A DNA stretch of 63,625 nt, the filler included, from Rhabdomonas costata (taxonomy: Eukaryota): NCBI GenBank assembly GCA_019059605.1. It is 46 parts of 46 records of this genome, joined end to end, with 100 filler letters (N's around TTAATTAATTAA, not from the genome) between each part and the next. Parts side by side here need not be neighbours in the genome. Positions count along the whole stretch, not along the records: positions 23,539 to 24,824 come from JAHMHO010020656.1; positions 24,925 to 26,209 come from JAHMHO010020657.1; positions 26,310 to 27,594 come from JAHMHO010020658.1; positions 27,695 to 28,979 come from JAHMHO010020659.1; positions 29,080 to 30,364 come from JAHMHO010020660.1; positions 30,465 to 31,749 come from JAHMHO010020661.1; positions 31,850 to 33,134 come from JAHMHO010020662.1; positions 33,235 to 34,519 come from JAHMHO010020663.1; 38 more parts are not named here. One strand, written 5' to 3'. Each line of letters starts with the position of its first letter. The stretch's first letter is position 1. The translations under genes and the position numbers were made by a program. The notes under the pieces were generated by a model. That model was not told the origin of the DNA. It saw only the letters and a list, made by a program, of their open reading frames with translations, and did not search any database. This document shows positions 24,159 to 37,096 of the stretch, piece by piece.

Positions 24159-27100
24159 CTGAGCGCCAATCACCCCCTCCCCCCAAATATTCGCCATATC
24201 CGTTGGGCAAAGGTCGCAAAGTCGCGTATCCTCTCCTGGCCATTTTCATTGGGGATTCCTCCTCTCCGTGCTGCTTGATCAATGATAAAATTAAAAATGA
24301 ATGGGGATTGGGAGTGGCGCTGGAGGTTGCGAACACGCGATATCCGCGGGTCAGTAGGTCAGTGGGTGCGACTTTGTTCCTGAAATATACGATCGCCCTT
24401 CAAGAGGTCTTTTCAGGTTCTCCATTGACCGAAAGTGGTGTGTGCCTCCTGGAAAAAGTCATGAAATGAGAATGTGGGAACACCGGTGGTTGGAGGGAAG
24501 AGCTGCCATCTGCCATTCAAGAAGGTTTAAATGGCATTGAGAAGGTCAGGACTGCACGTTCAGCCGAAAAGTCATCCATGGCCTGGAACCCGTGAAGCAA
24601 ATCCTGGCATTTTCCAAACATTTGCTCTGATCGGTCAGTTGGACTTTGCGCATGTTCTTACAACAATCATGCGAGTCCTTCGAATCAGGGATGAGGTTCC
24701 TGTTTATTTTCCTCCTCCGTGATGATGCCGTGGAGGTAAGGTGGCATTCCGGCAAAGAGGGCTGATCCCAAGCAGGCCTGGGATCAGCCCTCTTTGCCGG
24801 AATGCCACCTTATCCCCACACACANNNNNNNNNNNNNNNNNNNNNNNNNNNNNNNNNNNNNNNNNNNNTTAATTAATTAANNNNNNNNNNNNNNNNNNNN
24901 NNNNNNNNNNNNNNNNNNNNNNNNAAAAACACGCTGAGTTCTTCAGCAAAGTGCACGGCTTGTGACTACCCGAGGAGGACAACGTTCTGAATGGGTGCAA
25001 TGCTTCCGGTTCATCCGACTACGCCGACTTTGCCGCTCGGCTTTTCGTCCGTGGTGGTCAGAAACGCTGGGCTGCACTGACCTCCTTACTTGCGGATTGG
25101 GTTTTCCGGCACATTTTGCAAATATCTGTGGTTCCCCCAGCTCACTGATGTCGTTTATTTACGCACACGTGAACTGGCTGACACCAAATCTTCTTATGGA
25201 CTTCCATATGATATGGTGTTATCTCGGCAGATTGCAGCTAATGGTTTTCTTCAAGAGTGGCGCGCTGCTTCTGATCCTTTGGTGACTCTGACCACGGTTG
25301 CACGTCGAACTTACAAGACCGCTTTTGTGGCAACTCGTGAAGCTGTTTCTCATCTGCATCTGTGGATGAAGCGGCACCTCAACCTACGTGAGGCCTCAGT
25401 GGAAGGCGGGGAATCTTCCTTCTGTTGGATGCCTATCACAGCCGCCTTTTTACTTCGCTGATGGCGGGCTGTGATCGGCCTTAAGAAGCGGCTCTCATCC
25501 TTCACGAATAACCTGCTGGACGCGGTGGCGGTCGACTCGGAGCTCTCCCAGTGGGTGATATCGAGTGTTATCCACTCGCACCTCTAAAAGAGTGTGCCAT
25601 GAAACAACCTCCGCAGGTGGTCGCTCCGAATTGAAACCGCGGTGGTGGAGCCATTCATGTCCTCCTGGAAGAACCACCTCCTCTCTCTGCAGCTTTCTTG
25701 CGAAGTAGCAGTGGCTTCGGCACAAAACACTTGCCAAGGCTACCTCTATGCTCATATACTTCCCATCAGGTGGTTAAGCGAAAGAGGCCCACACACATCA
25801 CCCGACCTCCCGGACGGCTCTCGTGAGTTTTATGTCCAACGCCTCCAGACGGAGAAGGCTATCAACTCCGGTGCTCCTCATCTTCCTCCAGGAGACTGTG
25901 AGTGGCCTCCATTGCATGTGGGCCCTGAGCTCCCGGTGTTTTCACCATAGCTCCGGCTGCCTCCTGGCTCCGGGACACACGATTCGGCGATCCCGTAAAA
26001 GAACGAGTTCGTATGTCCACGCCACTGCACTTTTGAGAGGCGATGGATGGAGGTCTTGTTTTTGTCACGTAGCAATGAGAGAGAAACGGTGACAACAGAA
26101 CACATCAGCCCAAAATTGAGACAACAAACGCTTTGGCACACAAACACCACCCCAAAACACCCTATAACATTACCACATCGATTAAAACTGATAATAATAA
26201 ACCAAAAAANNNNNNNNNNNNNNNNNNNNNNNNNNNNNNNNNNNNNNNNNNNNTTAATTAATTAANNNNNNNNNNNNNNNNNNNNNNNNNNNNNNNNNNN
26301 NNNNNNNNNGGTTGGTTGGACTCTCCGAAACTGAAATAATGTGATTCAGGTGGCGCGAGTGCACCCGCGCCACCTGAATCACATTATTTCAGTTTCGGAG
26401 AGTCCAATTAACTACAACTGCATAAACTCTGAAGACCTGACCACATACACAGGAAGTTGAAGGGGTTTGGTCGCCGGGCAGGAAACGGGGAATGATTTCC
26501 TTGCCAAGGCGGAACTTCAGCAAGGTGCAAAACACCGCCGGCGTGATTTCAAGGTCAAGAGATGCTCAGGAAGTTCAGCCCGTGCCAGTTGAAGGGTGAT
26601 TGAGGCACTGAAGCTGGACCCTGTACCTGCGGGTTGAGCGGTGTAGATTTGGCTGCTGAGGGACGCAACACAGACTTGAGCCACCCCACAACCACGAGGA
26701 AAAGCCCCACATACAGGCTCAGCGAGGGAATAACTGCAGGAGGCGCAGCGGACCCCGCGCCGCTGGGCCCTGCGGGCTTCCACGCGAAGTGCTCCTGGGA
26801 CGCCGCAGCAGCCGGCGAGGCAGAGGCTTGCCGGATCCCTGCAGGAGCCAAAGCGTTCAGGGGAGGGAGGAGGGCTCAGATTCAAATGTATGTGCATGCT
26901 GGGTGGGAATGGATTTGTGCCGAAGAGAGTCCACAGAACATGTCCACAGACGTTGTGGAAATGTTCTGTGGACTCAGTTCAGTTTCCTGCATCCCAGTTC
27001 CTCTCTTGGGGAGGAGAGCTGCGAGGTGTTTTGGGTGGAACATCCACTAAATTCACATCGACCAACCATTAGAATTGCCCGCATTCCTCGAGCATGATTT

Positions 27101-30100
27101 ATCCACTTAATAGAAAAAGGGTACTCTCTTCTCTGCCGAGTGAGACTGAGCTGTGGACATTTCTGTTTCTGTTGCCCCTACAGATGCCAAAGCAGCCAGA
27201 GCGAACAAAAAGTAAAGGGATTCGCAATTCACACAGAACGTCACACCCGGGGCAGGGGGCTGGGCCACCGCAGATGGAGCAACGGATGGCTGCGGTTGTG
27301 GCGGTTTGGTGGCGGAATCCTAAGGAAAAGACAGAGCAATTCAAGGGGATTCATGGCTCCCTCACTCTCAATGCAATGCTCAGCCCCCAGTCAAACAAAC
27401 CGCCCGGCATAGATATTCAAAGAGCTCATCGATACAGTAACACTCGACGTATTATGTCGCAACTGAAGAAACGCGGAAAAGCACAGCCTCGCCAGAGGGT
27501 CGATTTTTTTTTTCAATTTTTCAACACAACCACCGGCTGAAAACTGAAGAATTTGACAAGGGAGGAAGAGAGGTGGTGCACGCCGAGCAAAACCNNNNNN
27601 NNNNNNNNNNNNNNNNNNNNNNNNNNNNNNNNNNNNNNTTAATTAATTAANNNNNNNNNNNNNNNNNNNNNNNNNNNNNNNNNNNNNNNNNNNNTTGTTG
27701 TTGCAGAAGAGGGTGTGCCTCGCGGTAGTCCCCTATGTGTGGGGGATTCAGGTGGAAGAGGTTAACAGGTGAGCCAACAAACACAGCGGGACAATCACAC
27801 CCGTGTCTCTTGAAGGGGTTGGGCCGATAAACAAAACAGACTGGCGCACTTTGGCGACGCCACTTCAGCAGGACGCGGAAGTCCTGGGTGGAGTTTGAGC
27901 TGAAGCAATTGGAGTTACCCACAGGCTTGCCAGGTTTTTTCAGGTTTTCGAGGAGGAGGGGATGGGAATATTCTATGTCCATCAGCTGCCCCGACATTCA
28001 GAGGAGCACACAAATGAGATGGCGAGGCAGTAGGATCGGTAAGGTTCCGAATTTCACACACGAATCGGAAAACGATCATCTTTCTTATCAAACGGCGGTT
28101 TTCGCCTGCTCGGAGACTTCAAGAAGCAAGCGCCGGGTTTGGTGGTTTACCTGACTGGCTGCGGCCGGCAGCGTGGAATGCGATGCGGACTTCCGGATAT
28201 TTCGTTTGTCTCTTTAACGTTCCGTTCCTCGTTTTTCGCAGTGCAGAAACCACCAGCAGGAACAAGCAAAGCTGGCGGTCAGGAGCCGATAGAGCTCAAG
28301 GCAACAGGTGGGGTGGATACAACAGCCACTTATGGTTTGGATGGCTGGACAGTGTGTATGTTTGTATATGTTTGTGCGCGGAAGAAAAGGACGGAGGAGA
28401 AGGGGAAAACGGGAAAGAAAGCGAAAGAAAAAAAGGTGTCCTTGTCAAGACGTGTGACAGTGCCACGGGGTGCCGGCTCACCACTAGAAAGGCCAGGATG
28501 CCCCCACCAGTCCCGCGTGCCCCAGGCTTAAAGAAAAACGCGTCCTGCTAGAAAAGATGGCGGCGCGGGACCGGAACCAAGGAGCGACACGGTGGAAGCA
28601 GGTTGGAAGACAGAGGCACAGAATTTACCATAACATCCATTCCAACAGAAAATAGGGGAGAGGAAGAACACAAGGGAAAAAAGGGTGGAAATACCGCTGT
28701 AAAAAGCGAGAACGCATCTCGCCCACAGAGCGTGCAAGGCCGTGGAACTGTCCGTTTGTTGATTCGAAGAGAAGGCGTACAGCCATTCCCCTTGCAAAGG
28801 ATAAGACAACAGAGAAATACAGGCGACGAAGACGAATTTGCTAAAAAGCAGTGCACAAAGGAGGGCAGGTTTTCTCAGAAAAAAGAAAAAAAAGAAAAAA
28901 CAATAAACGACACCGAACCTCATGCCCTATTAATGTCGTCTAGCATGACGATGCGTGACTCTCATGATTAGATGTCCACNNNNNNNNNNNNNNNNNNNNN
29001 NNNNNNNNNNNNNNNNNNNNNNNTTAATTAATTAANNNNNNNNNNNNNNNNNNNNNNNNNNNNNNNNNNNNNNNNNNNNGGTTTGTGGTATGCGGCAGGA
29101 ACCTCTCTACTGCGATGGGAATGACGGAGACGGCAAGCAGGACGCAGGGACAAAAATGAGTCTCAGGAAGGCACTCGATTCAGGTCTAAATTAGTCAAGA
29201 AGGGGGGGGGTACGGGGGAGCGCTTGGGTCCCTGCTTTATCAGCAAAGCGTGAGCGAGGGCAAGCCAGACAGAGCCATAGTGCTGAACAGATAGGAAAAC
29301 CAGTCTGCGCAGGACGAGAACCCGTGAAGCGAAGTGACATGATTCCCCAGCGCATGCAAGACAAAGACCATAAAACCTTCCTGCCCGCACATTCTCGAGA
29401 CCTAGGAATGAACATCCATTTCTTCCTCAATATATTCTTTTGTGCCAAGGTTAATGCGAGTTCAAAGGTTTTGGTGTGCCTTGTATGGAAGGGATGTGGG
29501 TTGGGTGTTGATGCTGTGTTTTTCGCTTTCCGGTGCTGCCCCTTTCGCTCTTGCTTGGGCATTCGCTGTGCGGGCGACGCTGTCACCCAAAATACCCCTA
29601 TTCGATATGGCTTCGGTGATGCTGGTTGGCAGATGCTCTGGTGTGGCACAGGCGTCCTGGCCGGATGTGAAGGCTGACGTGTACCACAGACCGCGGTTGG
29701 CTCGACGGCTTTGATGGCTCTCCTCGTTTGCAGCTGCAGTTGCTGGACTGGACTCAAGTGGTGCGCCTGCGTTGGACCACTGTATTGCACTCAGTCGAGG
29801 CTAGGTTCACCCTGTGGTAGGCGCTGTTGATACTGCTCCTTCCATGTTGGTTTCGGTGCACTTGGCTCTCCGGTAAAGTGCAAAAATTTGGCTCGCTAAG
29901 GGTTCTCTCTTTAAGTGCGGAATGTGGAAATGAGGCTTCCCTATCCCTATCCCAGGGTCCAATTCAACCTGTATCAGGATCTACATAACATAGCAGGTGC
30001 ACTTGGTGTCTCGTGGCTGTCGCCGTTCGGCATCATGACACCCAGGCCATATCTGGCTCAGCATTGCTCAGACCATGCCTTACATTGCCTAATGTTAGCG

Positions 30101-30763
30101 TTGGGGTGCCACATGTCTGTCGCATTTCATTACAGCATGTCCACCTGCTCGCGCGCTACAAAAACCCTTTTAAAGGTGCTCCGAAAAAAGCCGTGAGTTC
30201 TAAAATGTCTTTTCCGAACACCCTCTTCGAGAGACCCCAAAACATCAGAGCTGCTTGGAATAGAATCCAAAAACAGCGTGAAGAGCAAAGAGTTCTTCAT
30301 TACTTCAGTTTCGCTTCCTTTCCTTTTCTTTCTTTCATTCCTTTCTTGTTTTCTTGTTTTTTTTNNNNNNNNNNNNNNNNNNNNNNNNNNNNNNNNNNNN
30401 NNNNNNNNTTAATTAATTAANNNNNNNNNNNNNNNNNNNNNNNNNNNNNNNNNNNNNNNNNNNNGTTGGTGTGGGGGCGTACGGAAAGTGTTGTCCACAT
30501 TGCATTGTTCATGTCATTGGCTGTAGTTTTCAAATTCCAAAACGGCGAAAATGGCGGAAAATGGCGCTGAAAGGCTCAAGTTCAACCTCGAATCCTTACC
30601 AAACAAAAAATCAGTTGCCAACTGCCACAGCTCTTTTCTTCTGCTGCTTTGAGGGCAAGAAAACGTCACACATCAATCAATTTACGTTATAATTTTTATG
30701 AAAAAACGAAAGCTTGTCCAGGCGCGAGTCTTCCATTGGGAACTGTTTCGGAGAAGCAGGCAC

Positions 30764-30911
30764 CTGCGTTGGCCTGCAACACGGCCTGCTCGGCGAGGGC
30801 CTTGGTTTGCGCGTAGACGCCGTACACAAAGTCCACGGGGTAGGGAGTCTGCTCCGTTCCACAGTGGACACCTTCTGGGCCAACCACGACACACATTGAG
30901 CCCGTAAACAC
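30764..30911 (-). CDS. 3beta-HSD/NSDHL-like extended SDR exon
   Basis: VFTGSMCVV..GTEQTPYP..YAQTKALAEQAVLQAN with catalytic YxxxK, bounded by AG/GT. Confidence 0.88.
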
Positions 30912-31959
30912 CTACAAATAAGATGCACAGACACCACACACACACAGAGATACATACACACTTAGTTCTAGTCCTTTCCGCGAGTAAAAGACCACCGAAA
31001 ATCACAACAAAAAAGGACAAACGTCTTCAGGTGCACAACCTGCAAGGAATGCAGGCGCAGTTTCTGTCCGTCCTGACTAGAACATGTATAAGTGACAGAG
31101 TAAGAGAGCATGAGAGCCACAAACTTACACACTACTCAGTTTTCTTAAAACTTTCTGAAAATTGTGAGAGAGCCAACCCTGACCACTCTTTGAAAAGAAA
31201 AATGAGTGAAAAAAGTCTAGAGTCTCTGCTTATCTAATTTTTACCCTAGGAGTGATCCTGGTCAAGTACGAGGTAATGGTGACGATGGCAACTGTGTGTG
31301 TTGTGTGTATGTTACTGACTTTGGTGGGTGGACACGAGCGTTGCTTTCAAGCATTCCTGTGGGTTTGCGAACCGGCTCTCAAAACGCGGCTCTTGACCAC
31401 AAAACCGAAAAGAAAGACTCTCGCACCCTGGCTAAGGGGGCATTCCAGCTCACTCCTGTGCCAGCATGAGGTACTCCTGGGCTAAGGTATGCTAAGCAGG
31501 CCCGGAAGAATGCTCAGTATGCGTGAATGGTCCGAAAAGTGCACTCCAGGCCCTTGAATTCTTTCTAGGTTGGGCCCTTGACAATTTTCGAAGTAAAAAT
31601 GATTTAAAAGGGCCAAAGTGGGGTCATATCTCGGGGTAGAGTAGGACTCCGAGGCCTGGAAGCGGCTAACCAACTCATCTCAGAGTACTACCATACCACC
31701 AAATATGAGCCCCAACCCGTCACTCAAGCTCGAGTTTTGAAGTCAATGTNNNNNNNNNNNNNNNNNNNNNNNNNNNNNNNNNNNNNNNNNNNNTTAATTA
31801 ATTAANNNNNNNNNNNNNNNNNNNNNNNNNNNNNNNNNNNNNNNNNNNNGTGTTGGGTGTGTGTGGTTGTTGGTAAACGCGAGTCTTCCCCAGAAAAAAG
31901 TCGTCCCGACCAAAGTGTGTGTGAAGTGTTGAATAATTGTTTGTGGGGGAGAGAGAGAC

Positions 31960-32170
31960 CTTCTCAGTCATCTTCGTAAGTCTCACGACTGCTCGAGACT
32001 CCGGTCAGTTTCAGGCAACTTTTGTTCCCAACCAGATACCTGGTGGCCCCATGTTCCACAGGGAAAGACCGGAAGACAGAGTTTTCTGCAACACAACGCT
32101 TGAGACCAGCGTGTTAGACCGTGTTCTGAATTCAAGTTGACTTTGGTGCCTGTCAGTATCCATACCAGCG
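31960..32170. repeat. Unclassified dispersed repeat, copy 2
   Basis: Collinear blocks shared with 8998-9215. GTGCCTG.CAGTATCC is shared with about 61060-61076. Confidence 0.85.
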
Positions 32171-34160
32171 CGTACTCTTCACACTTAGCTATGTTGTTGA
32201 ATAACTGGGGTAGGCGACTCTGATGAGACATCGCGAGGGAGACGGAGTGCGGTTGTGGCGGGTGGTGGGTTTCGCGCTCAGATGTGCCCAGCCCCTCGTT
32301 CAGCCCATCCCGACCACACCACAAGCAGGGCAAGGCCACCCGCTGCAGGTAAGTCTGTGTCCATCCTCAGGCCACTCCTCTCCGGAGCTGAGGATGAGGG
32401 AGCAGCGAGCGCTCGTCGCATAGGGACGTTGGTGGTGCCTGATATCCTGCGCCCTTAGGTTGTGTCAATAGGTGTTGCTCCTCTTTGTTGTTCCGGCGGC
32501 AGGTTCTGTGTGAGAGCGTTTGCCTTTCTTGGTGTGCGCCGCAGCTGTCGGCGATGACATAGCATAGCTGTGGCTCTCTCCACCCGCACACAGTCGCACA
32601 CTCCATCAGTTTTTGTAAATTCCGGTGTGTGTGCCTGCTGCGTTGTGCTGCTTTGTGGTTGTTTTTGGTTTCCCCCGCCGCCTCCTTGGTACGTGTCCTT
32701 GTCTTGTTTGATCCCTGCTAACCTACGCTGTTTCTGGTGCCCGTCAATCCCAGGGCAGCTTGGACAGTTGTGCTGCCCCCCCCCCCTTCACTCTGTGTGC
32801 CTCTCGAGAAGCCCTCTGCTCGCGGGTCACCCCCTTCCTTCACAGCTCAGGCGCATCCCATTTGGCTTTTCTCTGCCCTCTTCGGGTCCTCTATCCCATT
32901 TTCTACACGCACGCCCCCCCGAAGAGTTTAGGGTGCCCCTTGGCTGTGTGCGAGTGTGTCTTTGTGTGCCTATTTCTGGCTGCTCCCATTGGATGCAGCG
33001 GGTGTGCGGTGGAGCTTTGAGCTCACGGGAACACCACTGAACCTACTTTCCTGCCCTCTCACTCTGCTTTGCTTAGCTTTTTTCGACCTGTTCGTGCCGC
33101 TTGCCCTCCCCCCTGCCGGTTTCCCCCGCTCCCGNNNNNNNNNNNNNNNNNNNNNNNNNNNNNNNNNNNNNNNNNNNNTTAATTAATTAANNNNNNNNNN
33201 NNNNNNNNNNNNNNNNNNNNNNNNNNNNNNNNNNGTTTTTGGTGGGGAATGACGTTTTCTTCTATGGAAGGAGTGTCGAAAATTTCGGTTATACCTCAAT
33301 TCCTTTTCTGACTCGCTGTTCTTGCACATTCTGGCCTTTGTGCCTATGCAACCCGAACTGTTGTGACACGATAGAGTGACTTTCGTTTGTTTAAAATTAA
33401 AGGAAAAAATTCTCTTCCCTGTTTTTTTCTCTCTTATGTCTCTCTCTCTCGGGTTGGGCTCCAACATGGCACACCCTTTTGAACCATTCCCCCACTATCC
33501 TCTATCAAGTTTCCCTCCGTGTGCAGGGCTGCGTTTTGGTTGACTCCTGCTCATTTCTTAACATGGGGAATGTAAAAAAAAAAAAAAAGGGCGAGGACGG
33601 TGCTGGCGGGGAGCCCGGGGGCTTCTCAGCCCACCCTGCGGCGGACGCAGAAGATGAGCCTGAGCCCGCCGGGGGGCCCGGTCAGGCCCAACCCCCAAGG
33701 TCCCATTCTGGCCTCGCAGCCTTACTTACGCGGCCCAGTGCATTGCAGTGACTGAGTCCCTTTGCCAAAAACCGGGGATTACTGCACTATAAAGGGTTCA
33801 GGGAGAAAGTGTGGCTCCGTGAAGCCTCATTTTGATTGTAGTGGGTATATATATGGCGATGCAGACCTCGATCACCGTTGTTTGTGCTGAGGCGGTTGTG
33901 GAAACGCGTCGAAGGGCCTAGAAAATGCACCCAGTCCCTTGAGCGGAGACGCGGGTGTTGTGGACTGAAGGCAAGATGGGTGCCGAAAATATCTGCGTTC
34001 AGGGCAGAGCAGTTTTCAACAGGGCCACAAAAAACGGGAGCACTTTTCATGCATTATTGAATTAGGTAATATGGCAACAAGAGCGGACAGCTGTTTGTCG
34101 GTTTGTTTGTCGGTGTCGCCTTTGTGGTTGCCCCTTGGTGCTGGTTTTCTCTGCCCCTAG

Positions 34161-34362
34161 GTTGTCCACCAGAGCCTTTGCGATGGAATGCCTGGGGGAG
34201 CTTCTACTTCTGGCCTCGCAGCAACCGGGGCGCCAGGCCACCTCAGGTCTTCCCACCATCCAGTCTACATGCGGTACCCTTGTGATGCACACTGGATTGA
34301 AGCTCATACACGAAGGAACTGCTGGAAAGATGATTTCGCTGACAGCACACGAGATTCAGGAG
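34161..34362 (+). CDS. Internal exon of an unknown protein
   Basis: CCTAG acceptor, open frame LSTRAFAMECLGELLLLAS...AHEIQE, GTGTGC donor. Confidence 0.45.
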
Positions 34363-34645
34363 GTGTGCATTTTGATCCGGTAGTTGCGAAGGCCAGAGTG
34401 TTTTGGAAGCTATGTGATTGCCTGCTGAAACTGGTTGCACTGAACCACCACTCTTTTGAGTGGGGACCATGAAGGATTATTCTGCTCTGCCCTCTGTCAT
34501 CACCCGACAAACAAACACANNNNNNNNNNNNNNNNNNNNNNNNNNNNNNNNNNNNNNNNNNNNTTAATTAATTAANNNNNNNNNNNNNNNNNNNNNNNNN
34601 NNNNNNNNNNNNNNNNNNNGTGGGTGGGGGTGAGGGCAGCCCCAC

Positions 34646-35514
34646 TCCATGTCACCCTCATGTTCTTCCTCCTCGGCGCTGCCCTCATCCACCACCACCA
34701 CCTCGTCTTCAGGCGTAAATGTCGCAGCCCCCGTGGACCCCGGGGCAAGACCTTGCTTGCTTTGAACGCTTTGAACAGGCTGAGTGCTCAGCTCACGAGC
34801 AGCCACCGCAGTCTTTGCAGAAAGGCGGGGCTTCTTGGTGCTCCCAGAGCAGGCAGGGCTGCCTGTCGCAGTCGTCCTCTTGGACTGCAAAAAGAAATGC
34901 AAAAGCTACAAGCTGTGAGCACCCGAATGGAACGTTTTGACTCGGATTGGCAAGGGGTTCTTATATGACGCTACACTGCTGTTTCTCGCTGGGCGTGATT
35001 ATCGGCCTTTCTTGCAAGCGAGGGAGCACTCTGATGTCAGTCAGCCACACTCTGCGCATGTCAGGTTAGATGACTTGCGTCGGCAACATTCATTTAACCG
35101 TTTCCCGTTCTCAGGCTTGCTTTGTTTGCTCTAATCCGCCATCACCGTTTATGATGCAACCAGTTAACTTTTCGACATCAGCCACACCTTCAGAGCTGAG
35201 GGTGCGAGCTCGTCCCTCCACAACCTAAGCTCCTGCACGGCCTGCGAGTTGGCGGCGTGTTCCCCAGCCAGCCGGAGGTAGCTGGTCACGGAGTACGCCG
35301 AGTACACAAACTCCTCGCGGAGCAGCCCGCGCAGCAACAGCTGCACCACCACGGCCTCGGCCTCCGCCCGGCCCCACTTTCGTGGTGCCGTCGGAGACCC
35401 CGGACAGTCGCTTGCTGCAGAGCAGAGGGAAGTCCGAGAAGCGGAAGTGGCGCCTCCACGGGGGCCCCAGCGCTTTACCATTAGCTCAGCGAGCTGCAGC
35501 AAGGTCATCCTGTC
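34646..35514 (-). CDS. RECQL: RecQ1-like helicase, RQC winged-helix exon 35188-35514 and tail exon ~34646-34884
   Basis: RMTLLQLAE...RAEAEAVVVQLLLRGLLREEFVYSAYSVTSYLRL matches the RECQL1 winged-helix beta-hairpin (L.E.F..TAY...SY). Phase-0 GT-AG intron. Confidence 0.8.
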
Positions 35515-36372
35515 CTGAGAGCAACCGCGAGGTGAGCTAGAAGCAAAGGTGGAACCCAGCAGAGCATAAACTATAAACTAGAATGGAATGGAATCCCCAA
35601 CGCTACAAGACTCGAGACCTTGGAATAGTGGGCAGCAACGCTTATCATTTGGAAGGACACCAAGATTTGGGCGCAGTGTAAACATGAACGCGGATACGGC
35701 GTGGTGTGCCCCCCATATAGCGACTAACTGGAATTTGGGCCGACCCCAAACAAATATCTTCCCAGGCTTCAAGGCGACAAGCCCTAAACCTTTAACACCG
35801 TTAACAGTCGAAAAATTTCGAGGTCAGCATATACGGGATAGTAGAACAGTAACCCTCTAACCTAACCCTCTATCGCTAAAATAACATCATCTAGTGAATT
35901 CGGGNNNNNNNNNNNNNNNNNNNNNNNNNNNNNNNNNNNNNNNNNNNNTTAATTAATTAANNNNNNNNNNNNNNNNNNNNNNNNNNNNNNNNNNNNNNNN
36001 NNNNGGGTTGTTGTATTTGTGCGAGTTCACCGCGGCAGAGACCTGCACACACAAACACGCATCACTCCCTCCTTTCCAATGCAAAAATTGAATTCGCAAG
36101 ATGCTGCGGATCACAATTGCGGCTCCGACGAAACCATCACGTGAATCGCAAACCCACGACACTTGGTAGCTTTTTACCTTTTCAGGGGCAGCAGGTCACA
36201 GGGCACACGTCCTTCTGGTCAGCGGGAGTGGTGATGAGCACTGGGATGCCTTTGGCTCCAGATTCCAGGTTTGGTCTCTCCAGAATTTCGTTCTCTATTT
36301 CTTTTTGTGAAAAGCAGGAGATGTGTGGGTGTGGGGGGTTCCGCAGAACAAGAGCGAGGGCAAGGGAGCGAC

Positions 36373-37096
36373 CAGGGCAGAGTCGTGGATCCGCACTCCG
36401 TGGTGCAGCTCGTACTTCTCCTTCAGCCCCCGCAGGATGGCAATAGTCTTCAGAACGGTGGGCTCCGGAACCTGCAACCCCATTGCAGCAGCAGTTGGCG
36501 CTATCACATAGATATCAGCGGGTGGAGGGCTGGATGAGAAGAGATGAGACCACAAGCGCACACACCAGGACGGCCTGGAACCTACGGGCAAGGGCAGCGT
36601 CCTTCTCGATGTACTTGCGGTACTCCTCCAGCGTTGTGGCCCCAACACAGTGCAGCTCCCCACGCGCCTGTCCAAAAACGCCCAAAAAACGGAGAAACCA
36701 CCATCTTTCGTGAATTCAAGAAGCGCTACTTGATCATCGCTTTCTTGCACTCACACTGAACAACGGCACGAAAAGGCGACATCTCGCCAGACAACAGGAT
36801 CCAGTGTCCAGGCCCCTGCGCTTTCAATGGGTTACCCAATCAAGACACAGCGGTGCTCGATCCTGATGTATACAAAGGCAAGACAGCCATGAAAGCAGCA
36901 GCTGCGAAGACAAATCTCTGCACCATGCAACGTTCCCTGAGGCCCGACTGCGGAAAAGCCATTCAAGGGCAGGTGAGCTACCAGGCTGGGCTTGAGCATG
37001 TTGGAGGCATCAATCGAGCCCTCTGCCGCCCCGGCGCCGACCAAGGTGTGCAGCTCGTCAATGAACAGAATGGTGTCGTTGCTCTGCACGGTATCC
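36373..37096 (-). CDS. clpB: ClpB/Hsp100 AAA+ chaperone NBD1, exons 36982-37096, 36566-36667 and 36373-36471
   Basis: [97 protein letters not shown]. Two phase-0 GT-AG introns. Confidence 0.97.

Noticed and set aside
24737..24812. Perfect 34-bp hairpin
   Set aside because: It lies at a contig end next to a primer-like A/C tail, typical of a fold-back amplification chimera.
26316..26407. Perfect 42-bp hairpin
   Set aside because: It starts right after the G/T primer scar at the contig start; fold-back artefact.
26626..26838. Minus-strand Ala/Ser/Pro-rich exon with a TM segment resembling a euglenid plastid-targeting presequence
   Set aside because: No signal peptide or mature domain is in the contig; any single-pass protein would look like this.
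27851..27884. Minus-strand micro-exon DFRVLLKWRRQ reminiscent of Spb1/FTSJ3
   Set aside because: Eleven residues with no supporting flanking exons is too little to call.
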